Assembly: GCA_963804675.1 (NCBI GenBank)
Contig: CAWDRI010000001.1
Coordinates: 2,663,842-2,727,841 of the forward strand
DNA length: 64,000 bases
Source of the DNA: an uncultured Solirubrobacterales bacterium
GTDB taxonomy: Bacteria; Actinomycetota; Thermoleophilia; Solirubrobacterales; Solirubrobacteraceae
Direction of reading: 5' to 3'
How positions within the stretch are numbered: the first letter of the stretch is position 1; each line of letters starts with the position of its first letter. The position numbers and the translations under genes were made by a program. A model generated the notes under the pieces. It searched no databases and had not been told where the DNA came from. It worked only from the letters and a program-made list of their open reading frames with translations. This document shows, piece by piece, positions 22,956 to 32,490 of this stretch.

Positions 22956-22959
22956 ACCC

Positions 22960-23510
22960 ACCAGGAACTCGACGCGTCGCCCTCTCACCCCCGCACCCCG
23001 GCGCCTCAAAAATCTCCGGGTGCCCGGCCCGCGGCTTCATCCCGGGCAACGGTGGCGATGTTGCGCCTGGGCACGACGCATTGAGAAGTACGTCGTGGTG
23101 AACAGACCTTTCTCCGTGGTGAACATATTAATAGACGGTACCCACACGAGGACAACAGCGCCCGGTCAACCAGCCCGCGGTAGGGCCTGATCCGCGTCGC
23201 CACGCCCCCTTCATACGCCATGAGGTCCCCAGACACTGTCGCCGTTATGAGTTCGCACACGCCCACTGCTGGGTGCGCCGGCGCTTCCCATTCCCGCGCA
23301 CCCGGTAATTTGAACGCCTGCGGCCTGCCGGGTCCTGTCCTTCCTGTCGATCGGCTTGCCGTACGCGCGAAGCGGCGCCATTAATCTGCGGGGCCAGCGT
23401 CAGTCGATGTCGGGCCAACCCATCAACCCGGCGGTCACCGCAAGCGACTACTTCGCTTTGCTTGGCGCCCGCCCGTGCATCTCGCGTACCGGTGGCATTA
23501 ATGACTCTCA
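22960..23510 (-). pseudogene. Decayed lipoprotein family A gene
   Basis: Frameshifted pieces GVCELI..RGLVDRALLSSC, VLLNASCPGATSPPLPGMKPRAGHPEIFEAPG and TRRVPG match the family A C-terminal half. Confidence 0.7.
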
Positions 23511-24475
23511 AGATTCTTACCCTCTCCAGCATCATAGCCTGCATGCAAATGTTTGAGCACCAGCAGACGCTGTGAGACTCCCGTTCCACCGGATACCATA
23601 ACCCACGCGCCTCGAACGTGTCGTACCACCCCTTCCCCTTCGGCCACCGGTCCTTCAAAAAATCCGGGCTGACCAGCCACAGGTGTCATTGTCGGCGGTA
23701 GTGTCGGGTTGGAGCCAGGATGTGATGCATCTACCAGCACGCTACCGACCACCATCGAGCCACCGACACTGTAGGACGTGCTAGCGCACGATAGCAGCGC
23801 GTGCGCCACAGTATCCGTTTGCGGTGCCGCACTGATCACGACAAACCCTTCCTTTGCGCGCAGTCCGGGCAGCCCAGATGCCCGAATACTGCAGACGCCG
23901 CCTCCGGGTAGCGTCGGAGCGACCCATTTCCGGCTGGGCCGCAAGAAGATAAGTGGCCTACGCTCTGCCGTGCTTCGAAACATTGGCCGCCCAAACCTAT
24001 TCAGTGGCATAAACGGCGGAGCCCCCGGGGGTACCGAGATACCGAATGCTCGCACCAGGCGTGCCCTCCCCCCTTTAATTTCAATAGCTGCTACTCGCAT
24101 ACCGTCGGACAACCCCGTCTCAGCGCGAGTAAGAACTGGGTGACCGCCTTCAACTGAGACAGCACTAACGGCACTTGTCGTCACCACTACGCCCACCCTC
24201 CTCGACGGAGGGCCATAGCTATGCCAACTTTCACCGACTATCAAGTTACCCGAACTTTTTCCTCCCATACACCCACTGTGCGCCACTACCATACACCAGC
24301 CTGCCTCGCCACTATAAACTGGCGGCACTAGAAGTACATTATAGGACAGAGCGGTCTGTGACTGGCGCGGTGAACTCGCACACGCCGATATAACACCTGC
24401 ACATACCGCCACGACCACAACTACCCCTACCCAATGTATCCCGCGCATGATACTAATATGAGATTCTACACACAT
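23498..24475 (-). CDS. Lipoprotein family A (A5), partner of RHS tip 4
   Basis: Lipobox-like ISAC; VLLVPPVYSGEAGWC, LLSCASTSY, SVLVDASHPG, VRGAWVMVSGG, QRLLVLKHL. Confidence 0.8.
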   Translation of the reverse strand: MCVESHISIMRGIHWVGVVVVVAVCAGVISACASSPRQSQTALSYNVLLVPPVYSGEAGWCMVVAHSGCMGGKSSGNLIVGESWHSYGPPSRRVGVVVTTSAVSAVSVEGGHPVLTRAETGLSDGMRVAAIEIKGGRARLVRAFGISVPPGAPPFMPLNRFGRPMFRSTAERRPLIFLRPSRKWVAPTLPGGGVCSIRASGLPGLRAKEGFVVISAAPQTDTVAHALLSCASTSYSVGGSMVVGSVLVDASHPGSNPTLPPTMTPVAGQPGFFEGPVAEGEGVVRHVRGAWVMVSGGTGVSQRLLVLKHLHAGYDAGEGKNLESH

Positions 24476-24526
24476 ACACTCTGCACCGTGGTGGCATCAC
24501 AATAAAACATGCTACTATCAAATCGG

Positions 24527-26990
24527 TCACTCGCCGGACGCCGCCCAGGAACCATCGGTAGCGTACGTAAAGAAATTTTCTATAACTTCTTCAGTTCCTT
24601 CGCCTGTGCAATTCCATCGAGGCGACAGCCCGTTAATCACTTCATTGAAGGCACCCATATTATAAACGCGCCCCCACGTCCAGACACGGTATTTGTAGCC
24701 GCGTATGCATCCGTCTTTGATATACGCTGCACCGTCTTTCGTATTGGTCCACGCCTGCCCAGGCCCTTTCTTGCCATTTGAGTGGTTACATGCCATTTCA
24801 TGCCTGCCAGATATGAATGGCGATTCTTCGTACAAACATATTTGAACTTCGAACCCGCTAACCACCCCGGTGCATTGGTAATTAGCTACATCCCAAAGTT
24901 CTTCACCAAATGGTTCTCCGAACTTCACAATAATCTTACATAGATTATGATTGCTGGCCGCGCTCGCCATACTGCCGTTACCTGCACCTTCACCTTCGCC
25001 TTCCCACGAAGGTACTCTCCCCGGCGGCTTTGCTGCCCTCGCCTTTTCTGCAAGTTCTTGTTCACGCTTTGACACCTGTTCTGCTGAGGTTCTGGCGGCG
25101 AATTCTCCGGCGGTGGTGTTGTTGGGGTTGCTGACGTATGCTGCGTTGTGGTTGGTGGGTATTCCGGGTGATAGGTCTTCGGGTGGTTGTAGCATTGCGC
25201 CGGTTTGCGGTACGTATGTGATGCCGTCTTGGGCGATGCGGCCGGTGCTGTTTTCGCTGGTGAGGCCGCTGGCGCCTTGGTAGGCGTACTTGGGTGGTTC
25301 GCCTTTGCTGTTCGGCGCGCCGAACTCTGTGCTGTTGTACGTGGTGAGTAGTTTGGTGGCGGTTTCGCTGTCTTCGACGGTGGCGACGATGTTGCCCTGC
25401 AGGTCGTGTAGTTGTAGCGTTACGTTGGCCTTCGCGGTGCCTGTTTGGATTGCGGCTAGTCCGCCTTCGATGCCGGGTATCCGTCGTTCCCATTTGCCGG
25501 GTTCGCTGGTCCACGCGATGCTGTTCCCTGGCGCGTCGTAGTGGTCTGTGACGGTGGAGGATGTTTTGCCGGTGTTGATGGTTTCTAGGACGCGGTCTTC
25601 GGGGTCGAGTTTGTATTCGCTGGTCTCGCCGTTCTGGGTTTGCTTGTATGTCTGGCTGTCGAGGTAGTATTCGCTGGTGATCGCTTGGCCGTCCGCGTCG
25701 CTGGCCGGCAGTGTTGTGGTGTCCCCGAACGCTTCGTAGGTGATGCCCGTGTCGGTCATCTGGTCGGCGGAGTCGTAGCCGTGCGCTTCAACGACAGGTG
25801 TTTCGGTGGTGCATTTCCCTTCACTGCCAGGTTTGCTGGTCGCGAGGCTCGTGCGGTCGCTGTCTTCGTTATATGTGTAGGCGCGTGTGGTGCAGCCTTC
25901 ACCGGCCGGTGTTTCCTGTACTTGTGTGAGGCGGCCCGCGTTGTCATAGGTGTAGTTCTCTGCGGCGAGGCTGCTGTTCTGCGAGAGCGCTTCGCCGTGG
26001 ATCGACGGCGTGACACTGTCTTTGAACCACGTGCATTTTTCGGTGCAGTGCGTCACCTTGTTGTATTCCAACGCTGTGGCTGCACCCACAGGATTGTAGG
26101 TGTAGGACGCGGTCATGCCGTTCGGGTAACCCACGCTCGTCATCCTGCCCTGCGCGTCATAGCTCGCCGTGAATGTCCCAGCGCCAACGTCGAGGAGTTC
26201 GGTCAGCTCGCCTGTTCCCGTGCTGTAGTGGTAGGTCTGTTCGCCTTTGCCTTCGTCAGAACCATCGTTGACTTTCGTGACCTGCCCGTTTTCGTTATAC
26301 GTGTAGGTCGCTGTGTCCCCTGAGGCGTCGGTGTAGCTTTCGAGCTCGCCCCGCCTGTTGTAATTGCTGCTCACCGTCTGTGTTTTTTCACCGACAATGG
26401 TGCTTTGTTCTTCGAGCATCCCGGTAGTCGTGCTGTACTTGTCGCTGATCTTCGGCATCGCCTTGTCGTTGCTCGATGTCTCTTCGGTCGCCAATGCCTG
26501 CCCGCTCAAGTCGAATCCGGTGCTGGTTGTCCTTTCGGTCGTGCCGAAGGTTTCGACGATCTTTTCGGCCTGGTCCCACATGTTATACGACGCGATCGTC
26601 TTCGTCGGCAGTTCGGGCATCCCGTTGCCAGGCTGCGCGACCGGGAGTGTTTGGCAGGGTAGGCCAACCCATTCGGAGTGGCTGCGGCACGCTGTCGTTT
26701 CGGCCTCTGTTTTGGCGGTGTAGTAGACGGTCTTGGCGTCGTGCGCGGCCTGGTCGTCGGGCATCCAGGTCTCGAGACGGTTGTTGTCTGCGTCGGCAAC
26801 ATAGATCTCGCCGGCCGCGTTGACCGCTATCTCCTCGGGGTCGTGCAACTGTCCTTCGCCGCTGCCGTAGGAGCCGTAGGTACCCTCGAACCCGCCCGTG
26901 GACGAGAACTCCTGGACGCGGTTGTTGGCGTTATCCACGACGTAGAGATTGCCAGCAGCGTCGGCCGCGATCGCTTCGGGGCCCTTCAGC
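24527..26990 (-). CDS. Orphan RHS/YD cassette (NHL repeats + YD repeats + non-canonical core + Cys-rich tip 4), 5' truncated
   Basis: GPEAIAADAAGNLYVVDNANNRVQEF NHL blades; YNRRGELESYTD, YDAQGRMTSVGYPNG, YDNAGRLTQV; LHDLQGNIVAT; no signal peptide (track ORF starts 26938). Confidence 0.88.
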
Positions 26991-27940
26991 CCTCACCATT
27001 GAGCGCCAGCCAAAACACATTGAGCACCGACTGAAATATGGGTTATGCGTTGAGATCATCCACGCGTGTCAGCCCAGCGCCAAACGCGAGCCGGCGCGGG
27101 ACATCCCTGTCCCGCGCCCCAGGCACGACCGTCACGTGAACCCGACCTCGCGACGCCCGCGAAAGTCACCCACCCAACCGGCTGGCTTCACCTACATGAA
27201 TCCCCACCCGCAAGTCTTTGAGCAGCGCCAGTCGTTGCGCAGCCTTGGCCTTTTTCACCTCAAGCCACGCTCCACGCACGCGACGCGCGAATAGTTCCCC
27301 TTCAGGTCCAGGGCGTTCACCTCCGGGCGACGAGAATACGCCGGGATGACCCGGTACTGGCTTCATGTCGGGAAGTGATGGGGGGGTAGCGCCGGGGCTA
27401 GATGCACTAATCAGAACGCTGGCAACCAGCGGCCAGCCATCCAGTTCATATGATGTGCTTGCACACGTAATGAATCCATCGCCTATGATCCCGGAAAAGC
27501 CATGCACTTCACTGATCACTTCACCGCCATTTACCGTAAGATCCCTTGGATTATTCCTACTCCTTATCTCACAGATTCCCTTTAACGGCCTAGCTGGATT
27601 CGCGACCCGGCGAGCCGATAGCCACTTAATGAGGGGATTTGTAGTTTCGCGGCGCGGCTGGGGAATAGTCATTTCAGCAGAATCCAGCGGTATAAAGCGC
27701 GGAAATCCACCACCTGCATTTCTTAGCTTTCCACTCACTTTCACTACCACCGCCCGCAATCCTCCGGGCAACGCCTTCTCTGCTCTCGTCGGCACAGATA
27801 CGCCTCCTTCGCCGATCCTCACGCGTGCCACCGCGGCCGTTGTCAAAGCCACTCCAACAGTTTCCGCATTACTACCGCTGCCGTCGGTACCGCTCCATGC
27901 TTCAACGATCACCGGCGCATGACTCTGAGCGCCATCGCAC
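26640..27940. repeat. ~1.3 kb near-identical direct repeat, copy 1 (copy 2 at ~34543-35843)
   Basis: Offset 7903 (27166/35069; 26938/34841); weaker homology continues through the RHS bodies to ~25075/32990. Confidence 0.92.
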
Positions 27941-28263
27941 CCACCGCCCGAAACATTTCCGACGACAATAAAGCACCAGCCCGCCCAGCCAGCTTCGGTT
28001 TCCGGAAGAAGCAGTACTTCATAGGGGTGCACAGTCCCCGAGTCTGGCCCCGCACCGACCACTACACCAGCGGTTCCGCACCCCACCCAGCACATCACGC
28101 TCATCACCGCCGCTATCCCTGCAAGCAACCAAGCGACTATCGGCCGACACAGCAGTCGTCCTTGCAGCAACGATCTCACAAGTCCACCGTGTCTGGCGAC
28201 CTTGATCTCTCGATCATGCTGCATCTGCTCAAAGCGGTGCTCTTTCGTTGACCTAAAAATCAT
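27166..28263 (-). CDS. Lipoprotein family A (A4)
   Basis: Lipobox-like WVGC; VLLLPETEAGWAGWC; C-terminal ~270 aa identical to 35069..36127. Confidence 0.82.
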   Translation of the reverse strand: MIFRSTKEHRFEQMQHDREIKVARHGGLVRSLLQGRLLCRPIVAWLLAGIAAVMSVMCWVGCGTAGVVVGAGPDSGTVHPYEVLLLPETEAGWAGWCFIVVGNVSGGGCDGAQSHAPVIVEAWSGTDGSGSNAETVGVALTTAAVARVRIGEGGVSVPTRAEKALPGGLRAVVVKVSGKLRNAGGGFPRFIPLDSAEMTIPQPRRETTNPLIKWLSARRVANPARPLKGICEIRSRNNPRDLTVNGGEVISEVHGFSGIIGDGFITCASTSYELDGWPLVASVLISASSPGATPPSLPDMKPVPGHPGVFSSPGGERPGPEGELFARRVRGAWLEVKKAKAAQRLALLKDLRVGIHVGEASRLGG

Positions 28264-28269
28264 ACTTTA

Positions 28270-28440
28270 TTATTCGTCTTCGGCGCCACCGTCTTCGCCA
28301 CCCTGCAGCTCCGGCACCAACAACACATGGCCGTCCGGCACAGAACGCGAAACATACGCGCTATGGCTGGAGCTGCGTGCACGCAAGGAGACCACGAAGG
28401 TGCAGATGGAAATCGCTGCAGCTCCGCTGAACAGATTCAC
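28270..28440 (-). pseudogene. 56-aa chimeric stub: family A N-terminal motif joined to an acidic tip-like end
   Basis: VNLFSGAAAISICTFVV..GHVLLVPELQGGE then DGGAEDE**, immediately before the A4 start. Confidence 0.55.
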
Positions 28441-28452
28441 GACACCGCCGCC

Positions 28453-29406
28453 TTACCGAGGTCCAGTTGCCTGAAGATGCTCAAGCAGCGTCAGTCGTTG
28501 AGCTTGGGTCTTGCCACCCCACACCACCAGCCAGCCGTTCTGTACGCGGCGAGCTACCTGCGGGCCTAGCTGTCCGGGCTCTTCGAACACATTGGTATGC
28601 CCGTGGACGACTTTCATCAATGGCAACAACGGTGGCGTCGTATATGGATGCGCCGCGCCGACCAACACGCTTGCTCCCATGGGCCAACCGGCAAGGCTGT
28701 ATTCGGCACTGAAGCACGCCAGGAACGCTTCGCCAACCAACCCACTGTATGCCTGCGCCTTACTGATGACATACGTGCCCCGCGCTGCCAGGCCCGACCT
28801 ATGCGTCACCTTGATGACGCACGGAGCAGGCGCCGGGCCAGTCGCATAGACAACCTTTTGGTTCGGCACTTCGAACATCAACCCGTGCCCGCCGATACTC
28901 CGTGATAGAGGATATATCGTTTGCCGCAGCTCTCGTCCGTGCACGTCAAGCGGCGTGGGACGAAACGGAGAGCCAGCCATGGCGGGCGTCTGCCCTCGTA
29001 TCGCCCACGCGACCGCACGCAAATGGTCCGGCAAGAAATTCTCCGGCTTGGTCGGCAACGGCGCACCTCCATCAAACGACACCGCAGCGACTTCACTGCT
29101 CACCAGGTCCAAGCCATCAGTTTCAGGCCTCGCCGCGCTCGTACCCCAGGTCTCGGCGACAATAGGGTATCCAGTGCGTGTGGTAGGACAGCCATCTTCG
29201 CCTTTCCCTGCAGCAGGCAAAGCAAGCAGACACCATCCAGCATCGCCTGCGCTCAGCGCCGGCAGCAGCACGACCGTTTCGTTCCTAGTGACCGCCGCCG
29301 GCGGGTCGCTGGCCGCGCCGCATCCAGTGACGCACATAGTCGTAACGACACCCAAGACCGCCATCGCCATCAGGTGGCGCCGGCAAGCCGGCCTAGTGAC
29401 TCTCAT
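28453..29406 (-). CDS. Lipoprotein family A (A3)
   Basis: Lipobox-like VTGC; VVLLPALSAGDAGWC, FLACFSAEYSLAGWP, ARRVQNGWLVVWGG, QRLTLLEHL. Confidence 0.82.
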   Translation of the reverse strand: MRVTRPACRRHLMAMAVLGVVTTMCVTGCGAASDPPAAVTRNETVVLLPALSAGDAGWCLLALPAAGKGEDGCPTTRTGYPIVAETWGTSAARPETDGLDLVSSEVAAVSFDGGAPLPTKPENFLPDHLRAVAWAIRGQTPAMAGSPFRPTPLDVHGRELRQTIYPLSRSIGGHGLMFEVPNQKVVYATGPAPAPCVIKVTHRSGLAARGTYVISKAQAYSGLVGEAFLACFSAEYSLAGWPMGASVLVGAAHPYTTPPLLPLMKVVHGHTNVFEEPGQLGPQVARRVQNGWLVVWGGKTQAQRLTLLEHLQATGPR

Positions 29407-29500
29407 TTATCCCCACCCGCAAATCCTTGAGCAGCGCCAGCCGTTGTGAAGCCCTGGCCTCCCTCACCTCAAGCCACGCTCCACGCACGCGACGCGCGCA
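29393..29500 (-). pseudogene. 3' stub of an A1/A4-like lipoprotein gene
   Basis: ARRVRGAWLEVREARASQRLALLKDLRVGINESH*; DNA matches 27200-27289; overlaps A3 ATG. Confidence 0.8.
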
Positions 29501-29511
29501 CGCACGTCGTC

Positions 29512-30516
29512 CTATGCCACCGCTGCACGTAGGTGTTTGAGCAACCTCTGACGCCGCGCCTCTCCATAGCCGCCGCTCACCACGAGCCACGCTCCCGGAA
29601 TGCGGCGTGCGACCATCGGACCGTTCGAACCCAGCGCGTCAAATACGTCGCCAGAGCCTGCGACGACCCGCATGTGCGGGAGTCGTGCAGGCCGACTCCC
29701 GGGGTGACGCGCATCGAGAAGCACGCTGGCGACGATCGGCCAACCCTGCAGTGAGTACGACGTGCTTGCGCACGAAAGAAACGGTCGGCCAAAGAGATCA
29801 TCGACGGGCGTAGCGTGCGTAACCACAAACCCTGCATTCGTGACGAGCCGGTGCAGCTCAACGGTGCGAAGCTCGCACGCGCCGGCAGGCTCTGACGCCG
29901 GGGGCTTCCAGCCTTTACCACGGCGCGGCTGATTCACTAGCGAGCCTTCTTCATTATCCCGAGGAAGAGGCTTACCATCGCGGTTCAGTGGGATGAAGCG
30001 TGGCAGGTGCGACGGCGCCATATGTGGCGGCTGACCGAACAGCGATGGAGTCTTCACCTCGGGTGCCCACGCACCGCGGGCCGTAACTACAAGCGCCCGC
30101 AAGCCCTGTGGCAGCCCCGGCTCACGGCGTGTAGACACGGGCCTACTTCCACGAATCTCCACTGCGGTTACGGCGCTTGTCGTCACCGCAAATCCCTCAG
30201 CCTGGCTTTTGCCTCTTTCGACGATCCAGAATTCTGCAAGTATAGGCCCGCGTTTTAGTCGGTCAATCTGACATCCGTCACCGGAAACGACGGTTATACA
30301 CCAACCGGCAGCGCCTCCTCGCAGGATAGGCAATAGCAACACTTCTCTGCCTACCTGCCGTGCCAACATGACAGTCGCGGATGACCCCCCACATCCATAC
30401 GCGGCAAACGTGCACGTGCTGGCAACCATTACCAGCACCCATATAGCAACCCGCGACCTACAAAGCATAGCTACCCCAATAGACCACGCATGTCTTTTAC
30501 TATAGTTCGTGATCAT
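29512..30516 (-). CDS. Lipoprotein family A (A2), partner of RHS tip 3
   Basis: Lipobox-like AYGC; VLLLPILRGGAAGWC, FLSCASTSYSLQGWP, ARRIPGAWLVVSGG; start overlaps tip-3 stop. Confidence 0.82.
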   Translation of the reverse strand: MITNYSKRHAWSIGVAMLCRSRVAIWVLVMVASTCTFAAYGCGGSSATVMLARQVGREVLLLPILRGGAAGWCITVVSGDGCQIDRLKRGPILAEFWIVERGKSQAEGFAVTTSAVTAVEIRGSRPVSTRREPGLPQGLRALVVTARGAWAPEVKTPSLFGQPPHMAPSHLPRFIPLNRDGKPLPRDNEEGSLVNQPRRGKGWKPPASEPAGACELRTVELHRLVTNAGFVVTHATPVDDLFGRPFLSCASTSYSLQGWPIVASVLLDARHPGSRPARLPHMRVVAGSGDVFDALGSNGPMVARRIPGAWLVVSGGYGEARRQRLLKHLRAAVA

Positions 30517-31305
30517 AATCTTGTCCTTCGCAGGTCACGTATGCGCCAGTTTCGTCTGGTGCTAGCCCGCCAAACGCCCTCGATTCAATGCCGGGACCCC
30601 AAATGTAGCCCCACACCCATCCAGTGTATAGGAACCCATCAGTGCAGCCTCCCACCAGTTCTTCCGTCATAAGCCCACGAGCGTTATGAGCGATCGCTGG
30701 CTTACCTTCGTTTACACAATATTCCTGTTGCCAAGGACCGCTCTTGTATTTCTTGTAAAGGCAAGCCTCAAACTTGAGGTTTGGCTGCTCTTTTTTGCAC
30801 AGAAACAGGGCACCAAATACCAACTTCTCTTCTCCTGGCGCCTTTATTTGGAAAAGCGCTTCGCACGACGGTTCACTGGGCTCCGTGTTTATCCTCGCGA
30901 TCGTGGCCCCACCGCCCGCCGGTCCCTCGGCTACTTCTATAAACCCGCCTCCGCCCGTGGGCGTAGGCACAGCACCCGGCGGGTGTGCTGCTTCTTCGCG
31001 TTCGCGGTTTTCTTGTTCGCGGTGAGAGACTTGTTCTGCTGAGGTTCTGGCGGCGAATTCTCCGGCGGTGGTGTTGTTGGGGTTGCTGACGTATGCTGCG
31101 TTGTGGCTGGTGGGTGTTCCGGGTGCGAGGTCTTCAGGTGATTGTAGCACTGCGCCGGTTTGGGGTATGTATGTGATGCCGTCTTGGGCGATGCGGCCGG
31201 TGCTGTTTTCGCTGGTGAGGCCGCTGGCGCCTTGGTAGGCGTACTTGGGTGGTTCGCCTTTGCTGTTCGGTGTGCCGAACTCGGTGCTGTTGTAGGTGGT
31301 GAGTA
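30500..31305 (-). pseudogene. Orphan RHS core + Cys-rich tip 3 (no own start)
   Basis: LLTTYNSTEFGTPNSKGEPPKYAYQGASG..EFAARTSAEQVS core shared with other cassettes; begins abruptly at ~31305. Confidence 0.85.
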
Positions 31306-32490
31306 GTCGCGGCCCAGTCGCCCGGTGTGGTGGCTGCGAGGTTCGCTCGCTCGCTCGGGGGGCCGGTCGACGCCCACGCACCAGCGGGCGCAGAGACCGC
31401 GAACGCAAGCACCATGATCACCGCCCAGCAGCTTAGCCAGACGTGGCTAAGCCAGCCGCAGTTCACCTATCCACCGATCGGTGCGCGAAGATTCCCGACA
31501 GAAGTCGCAGAATTTTGATCGGCGACAGGCCGATTGATTGTCCGAACCACCGCACCAGCGCTGTCAAGCCATTCCGCACGTGTTGGCTCGCTTTCGTCAA
31601 TCAACTTGTTCGATCGCTGCGTCAGCTCGCGTCGCAGTGCCGGCGAAAGACCTGGACGATCCAACTCAGACGCCAGACTTTTCAATCTCAGGCTGATCTC
31701 CATATCAGGCGTTGGGGGTACAAACGCAAACGAATTACCACTTACGTTCACTGTCACTGGCTCGTCGTATCGATAAGAAAGCCTTATCGATACAACGTCA
31801 TCTGGTACGAGGCCTACTATCGTTTTTCTGCGACCAAGGGCCACGGGACTAAAGACAGCGCGAAATTCTTCGATAGCTGCAAACGGTTCACATTCATCGG
31901 CACTCCAATTATGCTCTCCACGAACCTCAATCACACAAAAGACTGGCTCGATCAAACGTCGCCGGCGCTGTTCAATTAGCTCGTGCCGCACCATAGCCGG
32001 CCGGCAGTGGGCCGGCGGTAATGGTTCTGCACGACCAAACGCGGGAATAACAAAATAGCGACTACCGTCACCATTTGTGGTGATCTCGCGCATATAGTCC
32101 GGATAGTAATTGGACAACTCAAAAGCCTTACCTAGGACCTGGGCAAGCCTAGTTTCATTACTTAGAGCCCTTTCACTTGGCGACGCCAACCTCCGAAAGA
32201 TCGCAAACCGCGTTAGTATACTCATCGGCAAAGGCGTCGAAAGCGCCTGAGGAAGAGTACGTTGAGGGTGCAGCAATTTATATCTGACGATAGCGCCAAT
32301 GCAAGACGAAGCAAACGATTCATTCATATAGACCGCCGAGCTATCACCAGCAGAACATCCTGCGCTGAATACCGTACCCATAAGAACCAACAGCACAATC
32401 AACGCACCCCTGCGGACTCTAACCAACATACTAGTTCGCGTCCTACGACCCCTCATTACCACGTTTCCATGGATTGAACTACAGAGTCAG
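31306..32490. repeat. ~1.19 kb direct repeat, copy 2
   Basis: Matches 21535-22721. Confidence 0.92.
31467..32462 (-). CDS. Lipoprotein family B (B1), partner of RHS tip 2
   Basis: ALIVLLVLMGTVFSAGC lipobox-like; IVGLVPDDVVSIRL motif; ATG 32456 overlaps tip-2 stop (TAATG). Confidence 0.8.
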   Translation of the reverse strand: MVMRGRRTRTSMLVRVRRGALIVLLVLMGTVFSAGCSAGDSSAVYMNESFASSCIGAIVRYKLLHPQRTLPQALSTPLPMSILTRFAIFRRLASPSERALSNETRLAQVLGKAFELSNYYPDYMREITTNGDGSRYFVIPAFGRAEPLPPAHCRPAMVRHELIEQRRRRLIEPVFCVIEVRGEHNWSADECEPFAAIEEFRAVFSPVALGRRKTIVGLVPDDVVSIRLSYRYDEPVTVNVSGNSFAFVPPTPDMEISLRLKSLASELDRPGLSPALRRELTQRSNKLIDESEPTRAEWLDSAGAVVRTINRPVADQNSATSVGNLRAPIGG

